Positions 1 through 8,959 of a stretch of DNA of 64,000 nt are shown here, piece after piece. Both the position numbers and the translations under genes were made by a program. Source of the stretch: Candidatus Anderseniibacteriota bacterium (GTDB taxonomy: Bacteria > Patescibacteriota > Andersenbacteria > UBA10190); assembly GCA_016197005.1 (NCBI GenBank), contig JACPWO010000001.1, positions 282,544 through 346,543 on the forward strand. Direction: 5' to 3'. Numbering within the stretch: the first letter of the stretch is position 1; every line of letters starts with the position of its first letter. The notes under the pieces are model-generated. The model did not search any database. It saw only the letters and a program-made list of their open reading frames with translations, and had not been told where the DNA came from.

Positions 1-207
1 ATATTTTGCAACAACATTTTAATAGGCTGTGCTGTGCATTTTCTGGTATGTAACTCTGTAAGAGTTGAGTCAACTGCAAAATAAAAAAAATTCCAGAAGG
101 TTGCAAGTTCATACGCGAAGTAGCTGCCCACATAACGCCCGTTGTTCGAGCTTTTGCATACCCTCTTGCATAATTCCCCGCCCTTACCTATATTTATCAG
201 ATTTCTT

Positions 208-564
208 ATGACTGACCGAAGCCGCAAATTCTTTATCTTCTTCGCTGCCATTGTTCTGGCTGGCTTAATTGTTGTCGGTCTCCTCCTGTGGTTTACTGAC
301 TCTCTTCCTTTCTTCGCAGATGAAGAACAGCCAGAAAACAGTGCCGAAACAATCGTTATCGATGAACCAACCCCACAACCAACTTCCGTCGCTCGCATTA
401 CTCCAGAAGCAGCTAGTACTGACCGCGTCCCTGCTTCTTCGTCTCCTATTGCTGGTACCACGACAACGGCAGCAACCGGCCCCGCCGAATTTGCCCTTAC
501 GCTCGCAACTGCAATTTCACTTCTCGGCCTGAGCGGTAGCCTCTGGTTGTTTAAGCTGGCTTAA
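208..564 (+). CDS. Hypothetical membrane-anchored protein with an N-terminal TM helix and a Pro/Thr/Ser-rich extracytoplasmic region. The ORF track starts at 142 with TTG; the first ATG is at 208.
   Basis: ORF 142..564. The hydrophobic segment FFIFFAAIVLAGLIVVGLLLWF is followed by a low-complexity PT-rich stretch. The 3' end overlaps the convergent TPR gene by about 48 nt. Confidence 0.35.
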   Translation: MTDRSRKFFIFFAAIVLAGLIVVGLLLWFTDSLPFFADEEQPENSAETIVIDEPTPQPTSVARITPEAASTDRVPASSSPIAGTTTTAATGPAEFALTLATAISLLGLSGSLWLFKLA

Positions 565-1428
565 CTCTTCAAGAACCGATCGCTCCAGTACCTTATTGTC
601 CATGCGCTGGGCAATATTTAAAAGTTGTTGGCGAATAGAAACATTGGTTGGCTCTTCGTCCCGAGCTTTTTGTAAACACTCGACGGCGAGAGTCATTTTG
701 CCAGCCTTAAGCGCAGCCGTACCAAGCGCGGCATTTAATCCTGGGACAGTGGCATCAATTGATTTCACTTGGCGGTAAACCTCCAACGCTTCTCCCCACT
801 GACCCCGGCCAATAGCAGAGCGACCAAGTAACATGTAGGCCTTTACGTCGCGGGTGTGCTGAACAATATATGGGAGCAAGATATCTTCTGCCTTTTTAAA
901 CTTTCGCTCTTTCAAACAAACACTTGCCTGACCGAGCGGATCTGTCGCCTGAGGGGTGGCCGTCGCTTTTTTCCGTCCCAAGAGTCTGCTTACGGTTGAA
1001 GCTTGATCTTCGGTAGGCTGAGGTGAAGCTGGCTCTTCAACTACCCGATGCAGAGTCGGTCGCGGCTCTTCCAAAACTACAGCTTTTTTTTCTATCTTGG
1101 CGGCTCGTTTTAAAGTTCGGGCTGCTTGGCGATCTTTAATACCAGATTTAAGACGACTACCGGCTGAAGCGAAACCACCACGCAGACGACTGGTAAAGGC
1201 GGTCGCACCCTGACGAACACCAAGTAGACGACTACTTAGTAACTTAATTCGTGGGCCTCGCCCTTTGAGTACTTCCTCTGCTGTAACTGTCCGGTCAGAC
1301 ATACTGTGTGCCTTTATCTCCGCTGACAGACGATCCCGTTGAACCCGTACTACTACTCGCGAAAACATTGAGATAATACCTCCAAAGGAGGCAAGCAGTA
1401 ATAAGGGTGGAAGGATATCGTAAAGCAT
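517..1428 (-). CDS. TPR-repeat protein with an N-terminal TM helix and a basic linker
   Basis: 303-aa ORF. The N-terminal hydrophobic helix is ILPPLLLLASFGGIISMF. The C-terminal half has TPR-like helical repeats (AYMLLGRSAIGRGQWGEALEVYRQ, LNAALGTAALKAGKMTLAVECLQKA). Confidence 0.5.
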   Translation of the reverse strand: MLYDILPPLLLLASFGGIISMFSRVVVRVQRDRLSAEIKAHSMSDRTVTAEEVLKGRGPRIKLLSSRLLGVRQGATAFTSRLRGGFASAGSRLKSGIKDRQAARTLKRAAKIEKKAVVLEEPRPTLHRVVEEPASPQPTEDQASTVSRLLGRKKATATPQATDPLGQASVCLKERKFKKAEDILLPYIVQHTRDVKAYMLLGRSAIGRGQWGEALEVYRQVKSIDATVPGLNAALGTAALKAGKMTLAVECLQKARDEEPTNVSIRQQLLNIAQRMDNKVLERSVLEELSQLKQPEATAQAEK

Positions 1429-1462
1429 GTTGAGGAGATTTCTGTATTAACAGTATCAATAT

Positions 1463-1500
1463 ACTAAAAAGCCGCCAAGATCGTTTCAGGCGGCTTTTGT
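1463..1500. terminator. Bidirectional rho-independent terminator hairpin
   Basis: The hairpin is AAAAGCCGCC-aagatcgtttca-GGCGGCTTTT, flanked by A/T runs on both sides. It sits immediately downstream of tsf on the minus strand. Confidence 0.5.
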
Positions 1501-1518
1501 TAGTTTCCTGTGGAAAAG

Positions 1519-2106
1519 CTAGATACTCAGTCGAACAAAATCTTTGATCGTGATATTTTCACCAATTTCCTGGATAGCAGCTTGGACTAACTGCTCAATC
1601 GTTTTATCCGCTTCTTTCACAAATGGTTGGGTTAAGAGAGCCCTTTCTTCGCGGAACTTCCGGAGTTTGCCTTCAATCATCTTTTCGGCAATTTGTGGCG
1701 GTTTACCAGCGGCTTCAGCCTGTTTCTGGGCTAACTCCCGCTCAACGGCAATCTCGTCTTCAGGTACATCGCTTGGGTTTACGACCGATGGCGACATGGC
1801 GGCTACATGCATTGCGATGTCTTTCGCTAAGGTTTGAAATCTATCACTTTTGGCCACAAAGTCCGTCTCACACAACACAGATACAAGAGATACAATCTTG
1901 CCGTTGCTATGAACGTAGACACCAATTGTACCTTCATGAGTAGCGCGGTCAGCCTTTTTAGCGGCGGTTGCTTTCCCCTTTTCACGAAGCCATTTAATAG
2001 CTCCTTTAAGATCTCCGTTTGCTTCAGTTAAGGCTTTCTTGGCATCAACAACACCGGCCCCCGTTTGGGCACGTAGTTCCTTCACTTGTTCCATTGATAT
2101 CGCCAT
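1519..2106 (-). CDS. tsf: Elongation factor Ts
   Basis: 195-aa ORF. The N-terminal UBA-like motif KELRAQTGAGVVDAKKAL and the dimerisation core GKIVSLVSVLCETDFVAKSD are present. It lies downstream of rpsB as in the canonical rpsB-tsf operon. Confidence 0.9.
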   Translation of the reverse strand: MAISMEQVKELRAQTGAGVVDAKKALTEANGDLKGAIKWLREKGKATAAKKADRATHEGTIGVYVHSNGKIVSLVSVLCETDFVAKSDRFQTLAKDIAMHVAAMSPSVVNPSDVPEDEIAVERELAQKQAEAAGKPPQIAEKMIEGKLRKFREERALLTQPFVKEADKTIEQLVQAAIQEIGENITIKDFVRLSI

Positions 2107-2110
2107 ACGA

Positions 2111-2827
2111 TTACAACGCTAATTCTTTACCATGAGCGGCGGCAATAGATTTAGCAATAACGGAGACAATCAGATCAATTGAGCGAATCGCGTCGTCATT
2201 CGCGGCAATCGGATAATCAATAAGTTCAGGGTTAGCGTTCGTGTCAGTAATAGCAATAACAGGAATACCAACACGTTTGGCTTCACGAATAGCAATTTGT
2301 TCGTTATAGGCACTCGCTAAAAAGAGAGCGGATGGCAGGGTCTTTAGGCTCTTAATACCCTCCAGAATGCCTTCCAGACGCTGAATTTCCTTACGACGAA
2401 CACCTTTCTCTTTCTTTGTAAGCTTAGCTCCCTGTCCGGTTTTTTCACTGCGCTGGAGCTCTTCAAGCTTCTCAATACTCTTGAGAATAGTGGAAAAATT
2501 CGTCATTGTGCCGCCGAGCCAGCGACGAGTGACATAGGGTTGTTCAATAGCTTCGGCATACTTACGGATAATGGGCTGTGCCTGACGCTTGGTACCAACA
2601 AAGAGAATTTCACTACCCGGGATGGAGGCGAGTTGAAAAACGTACTTCGCGGCCTCTTCTAGCTGAGCGCGAGTCTGTTCTAAATCCATAATCGCTACGC
2701 GGTTACGCTGCGTGAAGATAAATGGTGACATTTTTGGGTTGCGTTTGCTGCGCTCATGACCAAAATGGACACCCGCTTCAAGCATCGTTACTAGCTCTGG
2801 AACAAGTTTTGTGACTTTTTCGGACAT
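2111..2827 (-). CDS. rpsB: 30S ribosomal protein S2
   Basis: The S2 signatures LEAGVHFGHERSKRNPKM and the C-terminal GIPVIAITDTNANPELIDYPIAANDDAIRSI are present. I trimmed the start to the internal ATG (MSEKV); the ORF track's 5' extension up to 2881 is not supported. Confidence 0.9.
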   Translation of the reverse strand: MSEKVTKLVPELVTMLEAGVHFGHERSKRNPKMSPFIFTQRNRVAIMDLEQTRAQLEEAAKYVFQLASIPGSEILFVGTKRQAQPIIRKYAEAIEQPYVTRRWLGGTMTNFSTILKSIEKLEELQRSEKTGQGAKLTKKEKGVRRKEIQRLEGILEGIKSLKTLPSALFLASAYNEQIAIREAKRVGIPVIAITDTNANPELIDYPIAANDDAIRSIDLIVSVIAKSIAAAHGKELAL

Positions 2828-2904
2828 ATTAATTGATAGGAGGATCCTACAGGACTCCCTTGATTTTTGCAACCCCATCAATTACGATGGGCCAACATAC
2901 AGCT

Positions 2905-3207
2905 ATGAAAACAGATATCCACCCAATCTATCACGACAAGATCACAGTTACCTGCGCCTGCGGGAACTCGTTTAAAGTAGGCTCGACCGCCGAAAAGCTG
3001 AGTATAGAGGTGTGTTCTAACTGTCACCCTTTCTACACTGGCAAACAGAAGCTCGTAGACGTCGCCGGTCGTGTCGATAAATTCCGTCACCGCCAAGAAG
3101 TAGCTGCTACCAAGAAGGCTGCCGACAAAAAGGCCAAACCGGTGAAAGATACCAAGAAAAAAGCTACTCCCAAGAAAAAGAAAGAAAAAGTTACCAAGCT
3201 GGGTTAG
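2905..3207 (+). CDS. rpmE: 50S ribosomal protein L31 (zinc-ribbon type) with a lysine-rich C-terminal extension
   Basis: [49 protein letters not shown] is the L31 fold with both CxxC pairs. The ATG is at 2905. The roughly 30-aa K-rich tail is unusual for L31. Confidence 0.85.
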   Translation: MKTDIHPIYHDKITVTCACGNSFKVGSTAEKLSIEVCSNCHPFYTGKQKLVDVAGRVDKFRHRQEVAATKKAADKKAKPVKDTKKKATPKKKKEKVTKLG

Positions 3208-3254
3208 GTAGACAATAAGCCGTACACTAATATTAAGGCTTATTGTTTTTCGTT

Positions 3255-4316
3255 ATGAACACGCCAACACCTGACAACCTACGTGCAGATATTGACCGGA
3301 TTAATGCCGAAATGGCGGACCCGGCCATGGTGCGTAATGCCCCAAAAATGAAAGAGTTATCAGCGCAATTAAACCGCACTCGTGATCTTCTAGAACTCCT
3401 AGAGCGCCTGGAAAAAATTAAACAAGAATTAGTTGATCTAGCTGAGTTACAAGAAAGTGATGACAACGAGATGAAAGCCTTAGCCGAAGCGGATATCCCT
3501 CGCCTGACTGCCGAACAAGATAGCCTCCAGGAAAAGCTACAGGATCTTCTCATACCACCTGACCCTCGGGATGCTCGCGACATTCTTCTGGAAATTCGAG
3601 CCGGAGCGGGCGGTGAGGAAGCTTCCCTTTTTGCTGCTGAGTTATTCCGCGCCTACACTCGCTACGGCGAACAGCATGGTTGGAAAACTTCCTTGGTAGA
3701 TAAGTCCGTAAGTGAACAAGGTGGTTTTAAAGAAATAATCGCCGAAATATCTGGAGATAGTGTCTTTGGCACAATGAAATTTGAACGGGGTGTTCACCGC
3801 GTACAGCGAGTACCAGAAACAGAAAAGATGGGTCGTATTCATACTTCGACTGTTACCGTTGCCGTTCTTCCTCAGGCAGAAGAAGTAGATTTTGAAATTA
3901 AACCGCAAGATTTGCGAGTAGATACATATCGGGCTTCGGGCGCAGGTGGTCAGCATGTAAATAAGACCAGCTCTGCCATTCGTATTACCCACATCCCAAC
4001 CGGTGTGGTGGTCGCCTGTCAGGAAGAACGCAGTCAGCATAAGAATCGCGAAAAAGCGATGAAGCTTCTCCGCAGTCGTCTACTTGATGCAGAAGAAGCC
4101 AAAAAAGCGAAAGCTGAAGCGGCTGAACGAAAAAGTCAGGTTGGAACTGGAGATCGTTCAGAAAAGATTCGAACCTATAACTTCCCCCAGGATCGGGTCA
4201 CTGATCATCGGATTAAAGAAAACTGGAGTAATATCCCCGGTATCCTAGACGGTCAACTTGAAGATGTATTCAAAACACTCAAAGCAGCCGAACGCAGCGG
4301 ATCAACGAGTAAATGA
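3255..4316 (+). CDS. prfA: Peptide chain release factor 1
   Basis: It carries the GGQ motif ([25 protein letters not shown]) and an RF1-type tripeptide region ([17 protein letters not shown]). The TGA stop overlaps the prmC ATG as ATGA. The start is taken at the first ATG (MNTPTPD); the track's TTG start at 3243 is possible. Confidence 0.9.
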   Translation: MNTPTPDNLRADIDRINAEMADPAMVRNAPKMKELSAQLNRTRDLLELLERLEKIKQELVDLAELQESDDNEMKALAEADIPRLTAEQDSLQEKLQDLLIPPDPRDARDILLEIRAGAGGEEASLFAAELFRAYTRYGEQHGWKTSLVDKSVSEQGGFKEIIAEISGDSVFGTMKFERGVHRVQRVPETEKMGRIHTSTVTVAVLPQAEEVDFEIKPQDLRVDTYRASGAGGQHVNKTSSAIRITHIPTGVVVACQEERSQHKNREKAMKLLRSRLLDAEEAKKAKAEAAERKSQVGTGDRSEKIRTYNFPQDRVTDHRIKENWSNIPGILDGQLEDVFKTLKAAERSGSTSK

Positions 4317-5092
4317 CAATCCAGCAAACAATTTCTCGGGCGCGTACATTGCTCGCGTCTGCATCTGATGCACCAGACCTTGATACCGAACGGCTACTAC
4401 TCCACGTTCTTAAAAAAGCTGACGCTGCCTGGATCTATGCCCACAACGATACAGAGCTTACGGAAGCCCAAAACGATTTTTTCCAAGAACTAATTACGCA
4501 GCGAGCTAGCGGCAAACCACTCGCATATATTTTAGGAGAGGCAGAATTTTATGGTCGACCTTTTTATGTAGATGAGAATGTCCTTGTTCCCCGCCCGGAA
4601 ACGGAAGGGCTTATTCACGAAACACTGAAATACGTTTCAAAAAACGCGAAGGGTAACAATACATTTACGATTGCAGATATAGGGACCGGATCCGGATGCA
4701 TTGCGATTACACTCGCGTTAGAGTTGCCTGCACATTTTACAATTATTGCCATAGACATTTCTCCCGAAGCATTAGAAGTAGCAAAGCGAAATGCGGTACG
4801 GCACCACGTCATAGATAAAATCAAATTTATTCAAGGTAATATGTTGGAACCCCTGAAAGATCAGCGTGTTGATCTTATTGTGAGCAACCCACCATATATT
4901 CCGACCAGTGAATTAAACGTATCTCTAAAATCTGATGCCTTGGATACACGTGGTTTAGTATTTGAACCTCGATTGGCATTGGATGGTGGAATAGATGGAC
5001 AAACGTATGTGAAGCAAATAAAAAAATCCGGCGTTCCCTTTATTTTGGAAACAACCGGTGGTCTAGTCTCGCTGCTTAGGCGAGAAGGTTAA
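4313..5092 (+). CDS. prmC: Release-factor glutamine N5-methyltransferase (HemK/PrmC)
   Basis: It has the NPPY catalytic motif ([10 protein letters not shown]) and a class I SAM methyltransferase motif ([13 protein letters not shown]). It is translationally coupled to prfA. Confidence 0.85.
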   Translation: MTIQQTISRARTLLASASDAPDLDTERLLLHVLKKADAAWIYAHNDTELTEAQNDFFQELITQRASGKPLAYILGEAEFYGRPFYVDENVLVPRPETEGLIHETLKYVSKNAKGNNTFTIADIGTGSGCIAITLALELPAHFTIIAIDISPEALEVAKRNAVRHHVIDKIKFIQGNMLEPLKDQRVDLIVSNPPYIPTSELNVSLKSDALDTRGLVFEPRLALDGGIDGQTYVKQIKKSGVPFILETTGGLVSLLRREG

Positions 5093-5509
5093 ACGACAGT
5101 CTAGAACGAACCACTTACCTCGTATCTCTCCCCTCCCGAAGCTAGAAACAATTTGCTGTCGATCCTCTCCGCTATATCCAGTGAGGTTAATTCGTACGTC
5201 TCCGCGATGAGACGCGCAGATGGTCCTTATTAACTCTTTCTCAATAGACGGACATCGCTTGCCCGCATTCACACTGGCAATGTACGTCAGTTCAGAGACA
5301 GCACTATCGAACTGAGCTATTGCCGCTCCCAGAAAAACTCCTACCGTTGACTCGGCAATATACGTCTTAGGTCCTTGCCACTGCTGAGCGGACAGCTGTG
5401 CCAAATTACCAAATCCACTCCATTTTTCATTTGGATATTTTGCGCTAAATAGCTGCTCGGCATTTGCAAAATCGATGCCGGTCTCACACTGGCGGACAAC
5501 GATATTCAT
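5063..5509 (-). CDS. Hypothetical protein (148 aa)
   Basis: The ORF track gives 5063..5566. I moved the start to the internal ATG (MNIVVRQ), which is preceded by an AGGAGA SD 9 nt upstream. I recognise no domain in it. Its 3' end overlaps the convergent prmC by 30 nt. Confidence 0.4.
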   Translation of the reverse strand: MNIVVRQCETGIDFANAEQLFSAKYPNEKWSGFGNLAQLSAQQWQGPKTYIAESTVGVFLGAAIAQFDSAVSELTYIASVNAGKRCPSIEKELIRTICASHRGDVRINLTGYSGEDRQQIVSSFGRGEIRGKWFVLDCRLTFSPKQRD

Positions 5510-5711
5510 ACTTTCTTTCTCCTGTGAAAGGGTACAGTCAGATTTGGCTCCGCCCTTAGCATACACGAGAGATAATAAAAATACCTTCGGTTAGAACCAA
5601 AGGTATCACGCAGCATCACCAGGGATACTGAGGTAAGCGCTGCAAACCCGCCTCAATCAAATCGAGCACATCATGTACCACGTATCTGTGCTGCTATGTT
5701 CCCCAAAACGC

Positions 5712-5744
5712 AACAAAACAGCCCCGTCAATTCGGGGCTGTTCA
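5712..5744 (-). terminator. Rho-independent terminator after rplY
   Basis: On the minus strand the hairpin GAACAGCCCCG-aattga-CGGGGCTGTT is followed by TTTGTTGCGTTTT, directly after the rplY stop. Confidence 0.5.
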
Positions 5745-5759
5745 ACTTTAGTGTGTAGG

Positions 5760-6476
5760 TTATTTCTTCTCTTCTGATTTAGGTTTAGCTTCAGGAGCGC
5801 CACCTTCAGCTGGAGCCGCTGCACCTTCCGCAACTTCCCCTTCTTCTGGCTTGTCTTTGACACCTTCAACCGCTTCCACATCTTCCTTAACCTCAGCCGC
5901 CAACTCAGCATCAAGTTCTTCTTGAGTCTTTGGTTCTTGAACGAGAGCAATAACCTCATCAGCTTCCGCCAGGATGGTTACCCCGGTTGGAACAACAAGG
6001 TCCTTTACGTGAAATATTTTCTCAAACGTATCGAGAACAGAGATATCTACAGAAATATTCTGTGGTAGATCTTGGGGGAGGGCTTCTACCTCAACTTCAT
6101 CCATTGGACGTACCAGAACACCACCTAAGTCTTTAATAGCTGAGGATTCTCCAGTTACGACGAGCGGTACGTTGGCCTTTATCTTCTCGTCCATACGAAC
6201 CTGGTAAAAATCTGCGTGAACAACGTCATTTCGTAGTGGATGACGCTGGATGTCTCTCAGAATCACCATATGCTCCTGTCCGTCGCCTAGCTCGAGGGTA
6301 ATAAGAGAGGTGTAGCCGGTTTGTTCGTATACTTTCGCAAACTGGCGAGCATCAATCTGGATGCTTTGAGAAGTTACTTTATGACCATAGAGAACAGCCG
6401 GTACCAATCCGTCACGGCGGACAGCAGTAGCTGTTTTTTCTCGTACAGTTCCCTTTAATTTTATTTGCTTTCCCAT
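5760..6476 (-). CDS. rplY: 50S ribosomal protein L25 / general stress protein Ctc
   Basis: The L25 N-domain GKQIKLKGTVREKTATAVRRDGLVPAVLYGHK is present. The C-terminal Ctc-type domain ends in an acidic/Ala-rich tail. Confidence 0.85.
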   Translation of the reverse strand: MGKQIKLKGTVREKTATAVRRDGLVPAVLYGHKVTSQSIQIDARQFAKVYEQTGYTSLITLELGDGQEHMVILRDIQRHPLRNDVVHADFYQVRMDEKIKANVPLVVTGESSAIKDLGGVLVRPMDEVEVEALPQDLPQNISVDISVLDTFEKIFHVKDLVVPTGVTILAEADEVIALVQEPKTQEELDAELAAEVKEDVEAVEGVKDKPEEGEVAEGAAAPAEGGAPEAKPKSEEKK

Positions 6477-6517
6477 TAGAGCTGTATCGTACTTATTTCA
6501 GGAAAAAAAGCAACTAT

Positions 6518-6541
6518 AAACCCCGCTGGCATGCGGGGTTT
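6518..6541 (-). terminator. Rho-independent terminator after the zinc-ribbon gene
   Basis: On the minus strand the hairpin AAACCCCGC-atgcca-GCGGGGTTT is followed by ATAGTTGCTTTTTTTCC. Confidence 0.5.
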
Positions 6542-6566
6542 AGGTGGGGCCTTTCTACCCCTTACT

Positions 6567-6959
6567 TCATTTCACGACTGAGCCGTGTTTTTTCAGGGAC
6601 TGAACGGCATTTTTGTCTTCTTTGAGTGTCTCGTAAATGTGAAGGATATCGTCACTGGAAACGGACTTGTTACTAAAGAATTTCTTTGTATCCTCTTCAG
6701 TCATATCTGTTACGAGACCCAGGCTTACAATGCCAAGACCAGTCATGGCAACCATGGCTACGATAGAAGATTCACATTTTGAGCAAGTGACATAAACGAC
6801 GGTAGCTTCATCTTCCTCCCCAATGACTTTAGCGCCATCAAGGTCGTATTCAGCGCTGCAGAAGGGGCAGCGGGAGACGAAGTGCATGTTGTCATCGAAC
6901 TGCATACTACTATCATAATAATCTAAAAATGGCCTAAAGTCAATTCTTCCTACCCCCAT
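6567..6959 (-). CDS. Hypothetical zinc-ribbon protein
   Basis: 130-aa ORF with two CxxC pairs (CPFCSAEY ... CSKCESS), a short hydrophobic stretch (IVAMVAMTGLGIVSLGLV) and its own terminator. I recognise no family. Confidence 0.45.
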   Translation of the reverse strand: MGVGRIDFRPFLDYYDSSMQFDDNMHFVSRCPFCSAEYDLDGAKVIGEEDEATVVYVTCSKCESSIVAMVAMTGLGIVSLGLVTDMTEEDTKKFFSNKSVSSDDILHIYETLKEDKNAVQSLKKHGSVVK

Positions 6960-6977
6960 TTAGAACATAATTAGTAG

Positions 6978-8099
6978 TCAACTGAGGCCACTAATCTCAT
7001 GGGGCGCGGTCTGTACGAAGCGGCTGTAGGCCCTAATAGACTGAGCTAACCCCAAGAGGAAGAACGTAGCCAGAAGATTCGATCCCCCATAGGACAGCAG
7101 AGGGAGTGGAATTCCCGTGACTGGCAGTAAACCAATATTCATACCAGCACTTACGGTAAAGCTCGCCAGCATCACAATACAAATACCAACGGCCAGAAGT
7201 TGCCCAAATTTATCCTGGGTACTTTTCGCGATCCGCAGAATACGAGATAGAAGCGTGGCGTACAAAGCAATCAGAATAGTGACGCCAATAAACCCAAGCT
7301 CTTCTCCTAAACTGGCAAGGACAAAGTCGGTATGCCGCTCCGGCAAGAACTTAAGCTGGGATTGTGGGCCGTGTCCCAGCCCTCGCCCGAATACTCCTCC
7401 TGACCCAAAAGCAATCATGGATTGAGTAATGTTGTAACCGGCGGCCAGCGGGTCAGCGCCAGGCTGAAAAAAAGTGCGCAGACGATCTTTTTGGTAATCC
7501 AGAAGCAACCATTGCCAGGCTCCTCCTCCGAGAAGGATACCCAGGAGCCCAAGTACAGCTACATACCGCCAAGGCAGTCCGGCAAAGAGCAGCAACCCAC
7601 CCCAAGTAGCAATAAGGAGCGCAGCCATACCCGCATCTGGTTCAACAAGCACGAGGCCCGTTGGAAGAGCTAGCAAAAGCGTGCTGAGCGTAACCGCCCG
7701 CCATCCAATGGTGCGGTACCGAACTAATAGCCAGGCTAAGACCAGGACGAGCGCCACTTTCATGAACTCCGACGGCTGCAATTGCCAACCAAAGAGCTCA
7801 AGACGGCTTACCGTACCGCGAATAAGTTCACCAGTGGTGGTTACTACAAGTAACCCTACAAGCCCTATCCCATATAACCAGGGGGCCCATCGTTGCCAGA
7901 CATGGTACGGGATGCGGGCTACGCCAACCATTACGGCAACACTTACAAGCAGAGCGACTGCTTGGCGCAACGCCAAACCAGAAGTAAGGCCACTACTAGG
8001 AGCGGAACTAATGAGCATTCCGAGTCCCATCAGTACGATCAATAAACTAGCTCCGAGCAGCACCCAATCAAGAGAGGCTGCCCATTCTCGCCATGTCAT
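6978..8099 (-). CDS. SEDS-family peptidoglycan glycosyltransferase (FtsW/RodA)
   Basis: It is polytopic (about 10 TM helices) and carries the conserved SEDS C-terminal motif NIGLLPVTGIPLPLLSYGGSNLLATFFLLGLAQSI. Its start overlaps the upstream gene by 4 nt. Confidence 0.8.
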   Translation of the reverse strand: MTWREWAASLDWVLLGASLLIVLMGLGMLISSAPSSGLTSGLALRQAVALLVSVAVMVGVARIPYHVWQRWAPWLYGIGLVGLLVVTTTGELIRGTVSRLELFGWQLQPSEFMKVALVLVLAWLLVRYRTIGWRAVTLSTLLLALPTGLVLVEPDAGMAALLIATWGGLLLFAGLPWRYVAVLGLLGILLGGGAWQWLLLDYQKDRLRTFFQPGADPLAAGYNITQSMIAFGSGGVFGRGLGHGPQSQLKFLPERHTDFVLASLGEELGFIGVTILIALYATLLSRILRIAKSTQDKFGQLLAVGICIVMLASFTVSAGMNIGLLPVTGIPLPLLSYGGSNLLATFFLLGLAQSIRAYSRFVQTAPHEISGLS

Positions 8100-8890
8100 C
8101 GCAATGTCCCCGAGTTGCCTAGGGTTTCGACTAGATTTTCTTCGTTAAACATATCCGTACTAGGGAGAGCAATAACATTTCGAATAGGCTCACCCGTCGT
8201 CGGCCACGTTACGGTAAACTGTCGCTGCTCCCCTACCAGGAGGCGGCCTAAGAATGTTTTACCAACAGCAATGATCTGGCGCTGAGCATTGAGACCAACC
8301 GCTACGACTTCTACTTTCTCCCAATCAAACGTACTGGCATTCGTAACCAAACCTGTCTGCGTTTCTATGGGGATACCAGCGATATCGCGCTGGGATCGAC
8401 CCTGGAGGAGTGTCTGAAATTCGGGCGGATTGAGTCCATTAGGCAGTGGCTGGAACGTTAAATCCCCTTCTGCCGGCAAGAGTACCTGCAGACGCCCGAT
8501 GGCAGCTTCAACCGGGATTGGAACGTCAATAGCGACGACATACTGGAGCGCTCCTGGCAGCAGATGTGTTTTTTCTGTATGAGAGAGAATTTCTTCTCCA
8601 GCAGGGTTGAGTACTTTAAACGTTACGACATAGCTGCTGAGACCAGCTCGAGAGTTAGGGTTGCGTACTTGGGCCACGATATCCGCGGTACGGCTGCCGT
8701 CGGGGCGCTGATGCACAATAATAGCTTCCTGCTCAAGTTTAATTGGCTGGTAAGGACTTGGCGTAACGACTGGAGTCTTCTCAGCGAATAGACGAACTGA
8801 GAATGGAACAATCAGTGAAAAAAAGATGACTAGTACTACGACCAGAGAGGCAACGTATCCAATTTGCTTCATGCGTCGGTGCGAATTCAT
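8096..8890 (-). CDS. Hypothetical membrane-anchored extracytoplasmic protein, co-transcribed with the SEDS gene
   Basis: It has a single N-terminal TM helix (IGYVASLVVVLVIFFSLIVPF) followed by a roughly 230-aa beta-rich domain. It sits in the position where a PBP or MreD-like partner is normally found. Confidence 0.45.
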   Translation of the reverse strand: MNSHRRMKQIGYVASLVVVLVIFFSLIVPFSVRLFAEKTPVVTPSPYQPIKLEQEAIIVHQRPDGSRTADIVAQVRNPNSRAGLSSYVVTFKVLNPAGEEILSHTEKTHLLPGALQYVVAIDVPIPVEAAIGRLQVLLPAEGDLTFQPLPNGLNPPEFQTLLQGRSQRDIAGIPIETQTGLVTNASTFDWEKVEVVAVGLNAQRQIIAVGKTFLGRLLVGEQRQFTVTWPTTGEPIRNVIALPSTDMFNEENLVETLGNSGTLR

Positions 8891-8959
8891 CTCCTAAGTG
8901 TAGCTCAACTACCAAGCAAAGCTATGAGTTTTTAGATATACTAAAAAGCCACTTTCACC

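Noticed and set aside
3243-4316. Alternative genetic code (UGA sense) as in some CPR
   Set aside because: TGA clearly terminates prfA and other genes, and no in-frame TGA is needed inside any conserved protein.
5657-5959. 100-aa minus ORF overlapping rplY and its terminator
   Set aside because: It lies across the rplY C-terminus and the terminator hairpin, and its translation is a lysine-rich low-complexity shadow of the acidic L25 tail.
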